A stretch of 64,000 nt of DNA, taken from NCBI RefSeq assembly GCF_009914755.1, contig NC_060930.1, one strand, 5' to 3'. Position 1 is the first letter of the stretch. Every line of letters starts with the position of its first letter. The DNA comes from the human T2T-CHM13v2.0 reference genome, Homo sapiens. Below the pieces are notes generated by a model. The model did no database searches. It was not told the DNA's origin and saw only the letters and a program-made list of their open reading frames with translations. The position numbers were made by a program, and so were the translations under genes. Positions 54,495-64,000 of the stretch are shown one piece after another.

Positions 54495-54839
54495 TTTTTT
54501 TTGAGGAGGGAGAGAGATGGAGAGGAGAGAGAGAAGGAGAGGGGAAGAGAGATGGGGAGAGAGAGACAGAGGAGGCAGAGAGGGAGAGAGAGACAGAGAG
54601 GGAGAGAGAGACAGAGGAAGAGAGGCAGAGAGGGAAAGAGATAGAGAGGCAGAGAGGGAAAGAGACAGAGAGGTAGAGAGGGAAAGAGGCAGAGAAGGAG
54701 AGAGACAGAGAGGGAGAGAGAGACAGAGAGGCAGAGAGGGAAAGAGACAAGAGAGGCAGAGAGGGAAAGAGAGAGGCAGAGAGGGAAAGAGAGGCAGAGG
54801 AGGAGAGAGACAGAGGAGGCAGAGAGGGAGAGAGAGACG
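54495..54839 (-). repeat. GA/CT-rich low-complexity insertion with poly(A) and TSD
   Basis: Direct repeats gcatgagttaa(t/c)tttt at 54479-54494 and 54840-54855; T13 run at 54490-54502. Confidence 0.85.
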
Positions 54840-55917
54840 GCATGAGTTAACTTTTAATCTAACTCCTCAGTGTAATGGTCAATGAGCTCTTTGACCCTGC
54901 CAAAGAAAAAAAAGGCTCCTCCCCATTGTCATAATGCATGTTAAACTCCAAGATCTCATTAACCAAATTCTGCTTAGTCACGTGGAAAATTCAACAGATT
55001 TAAATCTTTAAAGTATTGGAAATAAAACCAAATAGTAAATACCATATATGATATCAAAATTTTTGTGTAAAGCTACTGCTGTTCTGATTAATGTTTGAAT
55101 ACTACACTCGTTCTACTAAAAAAAAAAAAAAAAGTGATGGCCTTACTTCTCTTGAAAATTACTACTATAAGGGAGCACTGTACCAGCCACATGCTCAGTA
55201 CTGCTCATTTATAGGCAGTGAGCCCTCAAGTCACTCAGGCCACTCAATGTTCTTCTATGTCTGTGTACCATTTTATCCAAAAGAAAGCTTTGTTCCCCTT
55301 AAATTATATTAGTCAGTGGATTAAGTTTGATAAGTACATATGGATGTTGTTCACAATCACCTCCATTTCAAATAATATTTTCCTTTGCAGGTTCCATTTT
55401 CTGTATATATGAAATGAAACTTAAGACTTTATATATTTAATATGTTTAAGTGTATATATGCAATATATGTATATATCCATATCTATCTATCCATCCCTGT
55501 AATTTATGGGAAAGAAACTACATGGGGAAGTCACTCTGATTTTTCCATTTTCATATGTAATAATGGGGAAAAGTACTACTGCCTTTCTCAAAGGCTAAGG
55601 CTATATGGAATAGCAGAAGAGGTGGTTATTTTGGATTGAGAATATTTAGAGCTGGTTTTGCTACCTCTAGTATGTGACCTTGGGCAAATTATTTATCTTC
55701 TTTGAAACTGTAAAGTAGGTATGTTGCTACAGGACTTGCCTCTCACAAAAGTTTTTTTGTGAGGCTTCAGAAAGAGTTAAGGTGGATTAAAATGCATTGA
55801 AAAACATTCAACTGATTAATAAATGTAAAATAGTATTATTATACAGTACTTGAATCATATTTAAGTTATGCTAACTAAAGGCCACACATATATGTAAAGT
55901 AAAAATAATTATTTATT

Positions 55918-56093
55918 CAGCATGGTGTGCGCCTGTAGTCCCAGCTACTCGGGAGGCTGAGGCAGGAGAATTGCTTGAACCCTGGAGTCAGAGGTTGCAG
56001 TGAGCCAAGATTGCGCTACTGCACTCCAGCCTGGTGATGGGGCAAGACTCCAGCTCAAAAATAAATAAATAAATAAATAAAAATAAAAATAAA
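55918..56093 (+). mobile_element. Alu right arm (5'-truncated)
   Basis: Right monomer + (AAAT)n tail. Confidence 0.85.
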
Positions 56094-57019
56094 ATTACTC
56101 AGCAAATCCATATATCATAGCTTTGTTTATATTTTAAGATAATCATTTTTAATTTCAGCAAGAACTTAATGCTATAAGTATAGATTTATCTAAAAATAGA
56201 AATACATATGCATTTTAATTTCATTAAAAACTTATGATGAAATATGGATTAAATTATTTAAAAATGACATAACCTGGCCCTTTCCACAAATATGACTATG
56301 AAGTGTAAATATGCTGTAGGAATACATATTATCATTTACTAAAAGGTTACACAGGCAAATGTGTATTGATGAAGCAGCTGTATTACTGAAACATGCTCAA
56401 ACTGAATTGTGATAATTAAATAATTTTAAATTTATCAAGAGATTAATGATTAAATGGTTCCAAGTGCTATGTAAATTAGCAAACTGCTAGTTTTAAGTGC
56501 TGTGGAAAAAAAATAAAGCAGTGTAAGAGGATCAGGTGTGGTACATATCCAACTGTGTGTGTGAATATGGTGTGTGACATATGGTAAGGCAGGTTCCAGT
56601 TTTAGTAGAGTGGTTAGGGTAGGTCTAATCATGAAAGTATTAAGCAGACAGACATAAAGCTCTCTGGGGGAAAGATGTATACAGCCAAAGGGCAGCCAAT
56701 GTAAAGATGCTGAGGCCCCATTTGATTCTAACAAAACAATCTTGTGACAGAGATAATACACCATTTAGCAAGTGAGTAAACAGTGTCTCAAAGCAACTTA
56801 AGCAAGGGAATGGAGCTAGTAAACAATAAAGCTAGGGCTAGAACCCAGGTTTCTTGACTCTTGGTCCAGTGCCTTTCGTTTTCTCCCTCTGTTCACCAGG
56901 CACACAGGAAGGTGCCCTGTTTCTTAGAAAGCACTGCATAAACATCAAGTTTCATTGCTATTGTGGTGGTGGTGGTGATTGTGATTATTAATCAGTTCCA
57001 TGATATTTCTCTGTTACTA

Positions 57020-57250
57020 TTTTTTAATTTATGCATCATAGTTGTACATATTCCCAGGGTACATGTGATGTTTTGGTACATGTATACAATGTAATGATCA
57101 AGTTAGGGTAACTGGAATATCTATCACTTCAAACATTTATCTCTTCTTATGTTAGAAATATTACAATTCTCATCTAGCTATTTTGAAACATAAAATAAAT
57201 AGTCATATAATTTCTCTACTGTACTACAGACTACTAGAATCGATTCCCTC
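57020..57250 (-). mobile_element. L1MA 3'-end fragment
   Basis: gttgtacatatt...gtacatgtgat...atctatcacttcaaacatttatc. Confidence 0.65.
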
Positions 57251-57904
57251 TGATATTTCCTGAAAGGAAAATAAAACTCAAAGAATGATTTCATCTTCCC
57301 TTCCCCTAGCTTATTTTTCTCCTTTATCTGTGCTTCTTTTCTTGAATGGATCATTTTACTATCAGACTATCTGTGAAAGTAATTATACTTCTCTGGATAT
57401 TTGACAAAGGAAAGGTATTAAGGGTAGGAATAACCTATAAAATAGAAACCATTTCTGACAACATGAAAAAGGGCTGAGGAAGGAATGGAGAGAATGTGGA
57501 GCCCAGTGATTCAGCGAGAGATATACATTTTCCAAGAGACAGGAAGTAAAAAAGTTAAAACAAAGAGTCTACAAAAGAGGAGATCTGTAGAAAAGGCAAA
57601 AATGGTGGAAAGGGGGCTCAAGGGGTGGAGGAAAGAGATTTTGAAATATTTTCAAGTAAAAATATGAGAATATTAGACAACAAACAATATAAAATAAAAA
57701 AGAGAATAAGAATCAGATTTCAGACACAGTAGACTGAAGAGCTGGTGGAATTACTAACAGCAAAAGAGAACAGAGAAGAGAGTCTGAAAGATGAGTAGCT
57801 TTCTTTTTGTAATGCTGGGTTTAAGGTGGCAGTGAGGTTCTCACTAGTGGAAAGGGTGTAAGAGCTTTAAGAGGTAAACTTGGAAGTTGTGTACAATCTA
57901 GAGC

Positions 57905-58203
57905 TCTTTGTCCAATACGGTAGCCTCTAACCACAGGTGGCCACTGAGCCGCTGAAATACGGCTAGCCTGAACTGAGATGCACTCTAAGCATAAAATACA
58001 CACTAGATTTTGAAGATTTTCTATGAAAAAAAACAATGGAAAAATCTTTTTCTGCATTGATTACATGTTGAAATATTTGCATGGATTGGGTTAAATAACA
58101 TTATTAAAACTAATTTCACTTGTCTCTGTACTTTTTAAATATGATTAGTAGAAAACTGAAAATTACATATGCGATTTATGTTATATTTCTATTGGACAGC
58201 AAT
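57905..58203 (-). mobile_element. MER33/MER3-type hAT MITE
   Basis: Inverted ends tgtccaata...tattggaca; ~300 bp. Confidence 0.75.
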
Positions 58204-59605
58204 ATTAGTTGTATATTAAGACCACAAAAGGGACAGAGACATCATTCTGAAGTGTCTCAACTAAAATAGATATGGGAGAAAAAAGAACACACATCATTAT
58301 AATAGTTAATATTTACTAAGCACTCCAAGCACTGTTTTAGACACATAAAGGGCACCATCATATTTGTTCCTCCCGAAAACCTTATGAAATATTATCATCT
58401 TTTACAGGATAAAATACTGAAGCCCAAGGTCACACAGTTAAATGCTGGTGTCAGGATTCAAGCCCACGAATGACCTCAGATCTCAGGTTCTAAACTGTCA
58501 CATAAATTTCAGAACAAGTTATGCTCTCCAATTATTAAATGGTTAGATTTAAAATGTCATAAATTAACTATTTATTAGAATTGTTCATTGTCAAAGTCAG
58601 TTATGTCCCAATTCAATTAAGAAGAAAAGCTACAAATGCGTGAATCTGTAACTGTAGAATTACTATGAGCTACTGATGCTGGCGTATTTTCACCACATTG
58701 GGCCATTAAAGAAGTTTCTGGTGCAACTTCTTTCCCCTTATCAATGTCTACTCCCAGAAATGCAAACCTGTCAAGTTAGATGATACATATCCAACTGTCC
58801 AACCCAGACGATCATCCACCTAACCCTGAATAGCAGGGCCCTGTTTTCTGAACATAACTAGATACATAATATCTACTTGACACATTTTCAACATTCTCTT
58901 TCGGAACATGAAAGCACCTGAACCTCCCAAACTGACTAAAACGTTTTGAAGGAAACTAGATTAAATGGAACCCTTGTTGAAGAACCAAAAATTAGGCTTA
59001 CCCAACTGGATACTTTAAAAATTGATTTTTTACTCCTTGAAAATGCTATACGTTCGAAGAATCGAAAGAGAAAAAGGCTGGATACTTTGGAATCCTAGGA
59101 ATCCTAACAGTAAAATATCCTACAAATAGAAACTTAAGTCAATAAGGTATCTTTCATTCATCTTTGGTTGGTTCATTGGTTTTAATTTCAAAGACAAACT
59201 TATATTTCTTTCCTTTTTACCTTTAATTTCTACTACCTACCTGGGAAAGATGGTAACCACAGAACTGCTGAACTTACATAGTCATAGCTATAATTACATA
59301 ATTTTCAAAAACTTATGTAAATTTTATTAAACAATTTGTTTCCAATTAATACATTTCTCCAGACTAATTTTTTAAAAACCAATGCCATAAATCCACATTA
59401 TAGAAAAACAAAAGGAAATTTGAAAGAAAAAATATTTATTTTGGAATAATAAGACTAACTAGCAGAGATATCTTACAAGACAGTTCATATTGGACATGTA
59501 TTGAAAAGAATGTCTCTCTGAACTGACCCACTAAGTTATTTATAAATTCAACCCCCTAACTTTCCTACTCCCTGCCCATTTTTTTTTTTAAAGTAATACG
59601 ATTTC

Positions 59606-59911
59606 AGCCGGGCATGGTGGCTCATGCCTTGTAATTCCAGCACTTTGGGAAGCCGAGGTGGGTGTTGATCACTTGAGGTCAGGAGTTAGAGACCAAACTG
59701 GACAACATGGTGAAACTCTGTCTCTACCAAAAATACACAGATTGGCCTGGTGTGGTGACGTGCGCCTGTAATCCCAGCTACTCAGGAGGCTGAGGCACGA
59801 GAATCACTTGAGCCCAGGAGGTGGAGGTTGCAGTGAGCCAAGATTGCATCACTGCATGCCAGCCTGGGTGACAGAGTGAGACCCTGCCACAAAAAAAGAA
59901 AGAAGAAAAAA
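59606..59911 (+). mobile_element. AluS/J
   Basis: TSD aaagtaatac(g/a)attt. Confidence 0.9.
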
Positions 59912-60953
59912 GTAATACAATTTGGATTTGGGTATTAAAAAAAAATTCCTCTGAAGACCCACAGTTTCTGAGAAATACTTTATCTAAACAGGAAGCATCA
60001 CACTTGGGCAGGATAAAGCTTTCAAGAGCTTGCCCTTGATTTTAGCTCTTTTAGGTTAACATTCCCATGACTTTCCTATTCAGCTAAAGAGATTTCCTTG
60101 GACTTATTCCCTTACTCACTACAATTCCTACCTATACTTTAGGACAAAGCTTCAGAGCCCAAAAGGAGAGCCAGTTGGTCCTAAAAATGCTTTGTCCACT
60201 CTGATGCCAAGGTGCAAAGAGCATGAAGCGACAGACAAGGCATAAGAGATAGCCGCCTAGACTCGTCATTGAAGGCTGCCAAAATCGGGTCCCTCCTGTC
60301 GGGAGTATCTCCCTCCTCCCAAACTTCACTTGAGACTCTCATCATTACAAATGTCAACTGCATAATCTTTGCAGTTACTCCCCACCTGTGCATTAACATA
60401 AAGCAGCTTGCTTTATTGGGTTAATTCAAAAGAGTTATCAAGTACCTACTGTGCGCCAGGCACTGCTGTAGGTACTAGAAATCTAGCAAGCAATGAACGA
60501 AATGACAAAAATCTGTGTCTTCCTGAAACCTATATTCTGGTAGAGGAGACGTTCAAGAAACAAGCTAAAGAAACAAAATATGCAGTACGCTAACTAATAC
60601 ATGCTCAAGAGAAGACAAATGAAGCAGGCAAGGGGAATATACACTGTGGTGGGCGGGGTAGGAAAGGTTGGAATTTTAAGATTAAGTGGTCACACATAAT
60701 CAGGCAGATGGTACGTGCCTAAAAGGGTAGCCAGAGCAAAATCAGATGGAGTGGGGAAGAGAAAGGAAGTGCGCTTATTTTAACAAGTCCTGAAGTGGAG
60801 AGAAAACCCTACGGGAAGGGGGTGAGGCAAACACTGAATATGGACCACTGAAGACAAACGCGGATTTCACATTTTGCCTAAAGACCAGTCCTTTGAGGAT
60901 GGCACAACAGATGTTCTCCCTTTGTAACCAAAGAACCAGGCTCTGCTACTAAA

Positions 60954-60982
60954 ACTGTCAGGCAGTTCATCGGACACGGGTG

Positions 60983-61027
<45 letters not shown>

Positions 61028-61059
61028 CTTACTGTCAGGCAGTTCATCGGACACGGGTG

Positions 61060-61106
<47 letters not shown>

Positions 61107-61109
61107 CTT
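60954..61109. repeat. Tandem duplication of a 30-bp unique + (AC)n + agctt cassette
   Basis: Unit 1 60954-61030 with (AC)21; unit 2 61031-61109 with (AC)22; non-repeat parts identical. Confidence 0.95.
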
Positions 61110-61844
61110 ACTGCCGAGGAGAAAGAAGCGTTACTAATCCAGAGTGGAGGACTGGCCTGGGAAATCGGGCAGAGAGAGGAGTTGTCGGAAAGAACACACC
61201 AGAAGCCCCTCCGAGCCCAGACACTGATAGAAACCCAGCCGCTTCCCAAGCCAATCTGCAAACCCAGGAGGCACCCACGAGTGCACAGACACACCCCCGG
61301 GGTGCAGGCGCGGTGAAGGGAGGAGAGGGGCAAGAGCTTGACCGTTAGGGCCCGAACCCCAGAACTCCCGAGGCAGGGTGTGTGCCGCGCGCGGGAAACG
61401 CCGTTCTCCGCTCCAGGCGTCGGCGGGCGGTGGCGAGAGCAGGTTCGGGGGTCCGGAGGGTCGAAGGGTGGGTTGCGCGCGGGAATGGCCGCCGCGAAGG
61501 AGGGGCGGCTTCCTCGGGCATCCCGGGCGCCCGGCCCCGTGCATGCAACAGGGGACTGGGCGCGAGCGGGCGCCTCGAGGTGCCGGGGCGGGACCGGGGA
61601 GAGGGGACCGAGACAAAGTTCCCGAGACCCGCGGGCCTCGGGCCGACCCGCGCGCCCCCGGCCCAAACGCTCAGCTCCCGCTCCCCAGGCCCGCGCGGAC
61701 CCGGCCCCTCCGAGGGTAGCGGGTTCCAGCGGCGAACCCGCAGCGCCCGCGCCGGCGCCCGCTCGGCCCTTTCCCGCCCGGTGCGTGGGTCCAGGAGAGA
61801 AAGAAAGCGCGGCGGTGTCGGTGGCGGCGCGCGGCCCCACTCAC

Positions 61845-61847
61845 CAT
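61845..61847 (-). CDS. ELOVL2: ELOVL2 exon 1 coding part (ATG only)
   Basis: Minus strand reads cggatcATG|gtgagt: strong Kozak context and consensus donor, inside the CpG island. Joins exon 2 GAA to give ME. Confidence 0.93.
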
Positions 61848-62248
61848 GATCCGCAGCGGCTGTGGCGCGGCGACCCGGGCGGGCGGCGATGCGCTGTCCA
61901 GGGTAGCCGGGTCCCTCTGCCCGGCGCTATCTCGGCGCCCGCGCCGGTTACCCCCACCCACACCCACGCCCGGCGCGCGCACACCCGCCCGCGCCTCCCC
62001 GCCCCCTCGGGCTCGCGCCGCCGCCGCGCGGCGCTCCGAGCTTCGGGGCCGTTTCGTCCCCGCCCCCTCTCCCACAGGGGCCTCGCCGGCCGCCGCGCCA
62101 GGAGGGCGCGCGGGGGAGGGGCGCAGGGCAAGTGAGGCGGCGCCCCCCGCCCCTGCGGCCTCGCGCGCCCCCTCCTGGGCGACCGACCTCGCCCTCGCGT
62201 CCGCGGCGTCCCCTGCCGGCCGGGCGGCGATTTGCAGGTCCAGCCGGC

Positions 62249-62280
62249 GCCGGTTTCGCGCGGCGGCTCAACGTCCACGG
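62249..62280. promoter_or_regulatory. ELOVL2 age-associated CpG cluster (7 CpGs; cg16867657 region)
   Basis: gccggtttcgcgcggcggctcaacgtccacgg has CpGs at 62251, 62257, 62259, 62261, 62264, 62272 and 62278. This matches my recollection of the forensic age-prediction amplicon; probe assignment is from memory. Confidence 0.75.
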
Positions 62281-62747
62281 AGCCCCAGGAATACCCACCC
62301 GCTGCCCAGATCGGCAGCCGCTGCTGCGGGGAGAAGCAGTATCGTGCAGGGCGGGCACGCTGGTCTTGCTTACAGTTGGGCTTCGGTGGGTTTGAAGCAC
62401 ACATTAGGGGGAAATGGCTCTGTTCCTGCAGGTTTGCGCAGTCTGGGTTTCTTAGGTTTAGGGGGTTGGGTGGGTTTCTCTGGGGGTGCGGTGGGAAGCG
62501 GATCAGTTCGGATAACGGCCCTGAGCAAGAGTCTCTGTCCCGCTCCCGGCCTGACGCGGGGCTTCCAGCGGACACCACCGACGGTGAGCGCACCCTCTTC
62601 ACTGTGAACAGAACGGTGGCCTCCTAGAGCCTGCGCTTCTAGTTACTTTAGTTGTGTGTGTGGCCCAAGTGAAAGACGTCGAAAAAATTGGACTTGCCTG
62701 AGTATTACATGAACTTTCTTCCATTTCTCCCTCAAGCATGGGAAGTT

Positions 62748-63053
62748 GGCGGGCGTGGTGGTTCCCTCCTGTAATCCCAGCACTTTGGGAGGCTGAGGCA
62801 GGCGAATCACTTGAGGTCAGGAGTTCGGGACCAGCCTGGGCAACATGGCGAAACCCCGCCTCTTAAATAAAAAATACAAAAATTAGCTGGGTGTGGTGGC
62901 CTGCGCCTGTGATCCCAGCCACTCGGGAGGCTGAGGTGAAGGATGGCTTGAGCCCTGGAGGTGGAGGCTGCAGTGAGCCGAGATCACGCCACTGCACTCC
63001 AGCCTGGGCGACAGAATGAGACCCTGTCTCAAAAAAAAAAAAAAAAAAAAAAA
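62748..63053 (+). mobile_element. AluJ/S upstream of the promoter
   Basis: Full dimer with A24 tail. Confidence 0.9.
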
Positions 63054-64000
63054 ATGTTTACCACATGTGAGGCTCATGTGGTAAACATGTTTATTGGGGT
63101 TGAGAGCAGCCCGTGTGGCTGTGCACGGAGGTACCTGCACCATACACTTAGCATCCCACACCTGGGGCGGTGTGGGAGCCCTTGCAGAGTTTTGTGCAGT
63201 AGCAGAGTGAGTAACTGTAGGTACCGGGGCTAAATCTTAACTGTCATACAATCACCTAATATATAGTTTCCTAATAGAGAGTTTTTCTTCCTAATATAGA
63301 ATTTCTGTAGCTGAAGTGGTAAATATTAGGCATATATTTGTTTATAAAAGGCGGATGATTTTATGACCATAAACAGGTTAACCTAGTCTGATAAAAATCT
63401 CAGGAGTCAGCTCTGCCACATACTGGGTGTGTGGTATTGGGTTGGTTACCTAAACTGTCTATGCTCCAGTTTCCTGATTTACGAATTTGGGATAAAATAG
63501 CACTTAACATTACATGTAGCTGTTAGGGTTAAATTAATATGGGTAAAACTCTAGAAAAATATCTGGTACAAAAGTACTAGTTATTGATTTGTTATCAATT
63601 TGATGCATTTGAGAATCAGAAAGTGATATTCTATTTAATGCTGGCATATTTTTATAAAAAAGTGTGGCCCAAATCAAAGATACAATTTGATTTCAGCTTC
63701 ACTTACTTTGTTCACTCAGCAAAGATTTCAGTGCCTACTATGTGCTAGGCGTTTTGGTAACAGCTAGGGTTACAGTGATGAAGAAAAACACAGTCCCTGC
63801 TGTTAGGAGTTTTTAGAACCTGTGATGATCTATATTATGATATTGAGAGACTTGAAGGAAATTCACACGAATAGTCCCCAAATATTGTTTTTCCTTGGAA
63901 TGATTTTATTCTTTCTGTTTTACCTGTGTTCTTTCTTCTATTTGATACGTGTTATATTTGAAAGCTATAAAAGTAGCTTCCACGTCTTTTGGATATTGAA

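Larger units (their letters stand above)
61290..62620. promoter_or_regulatory. CpG island / ELOVL2 promoter, GC-box rich
   Basis: Very high GC and CpG density around exon 1; GC boxes (ccgccc) near 62060 and 62147. Confidence 0.93.
61150..64000 (+). ncRNA. ELOVL2-AS1: Probable 5' part of antisense lncRNA ELOVL2-AS1 (boundaries uncertain)
   Basis: Recalled head-to-head lncRNA from this island. The sequence shows a plus-strand donor-like ACG|GTGAGC at 62584. Exon structure cannot be established here. Confidence 0.4.

Noticed and set aside
54448-54885. ER-rich and SL-rich ORFs
   Set aside because: Translations of the GA/CT simple repeat.
55742-55763. Hairpin ctcacaaaa-gttt-ttttgtgag resembling a terminator
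   Set aside because: Short A/T-rich stem inside a degenerate MIR-like repeat; compatible with chance.
60954-61109. CRISPR-like repeat-spacer pattern (also 26160-26320)
   Set aside because: Eukaryotic DNA; the spacers are microsatellite or near-identical, with only 2-5 units and no cas genes.
60878-62627. Long overlapping ORFs (320, 265, 253, 253 aa) on both strands
   Set aside because: Expected stop-codon depletion in a GC-rich island. The products are low-complexity A/G/P/R with (CV)n from the AC repeats and no recognisable domain.

Overview
Human (primate) genomic DNA containing the complete coding region of ELOVL2 (very-long-chain PUFA elongase 2) on the minus strand. I reconstructed 8 coding exons by hand from GT-AG junctions: 3+64+188+78+172+125+135+126 = 891 nt = 296 aa + stop, from an ATG-only exon-1 coding part at 61845-61847 to TAA at 1451-1453. 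The 3' UTR probably runs off the left edge. The right end holds the CpG-island promoter, including the CpG cluster used as an epigenetic age marker and the probable start of ELOVL2-AS1. Introns contain ~20 Alus, a 3.25-kb L1PA, MaLR solo LTRs and DNA-transposon relics. No prokaryote-type system (CRISPR etc.) is present, and I found no convincing new gene system. The most unusual structures are: (1) a ~626-bp, ~99.5% identical inverted duplication in intron 1 with a templated 14-bp junction; (2) a ~70-bp non-Alu inverted repeat pair bracketing most of intron 5; (3) a TSD-flanked orphan 3'-UTR retrocopy in a nested insertion stack; (4) a TSD/poly(A)-flanked insertion made only of CT-rich simple repeat; (5) a tandem-duplicated (AC)n cassette beside the promoter. 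Repeat family names and literature links are from memory, not database searches.
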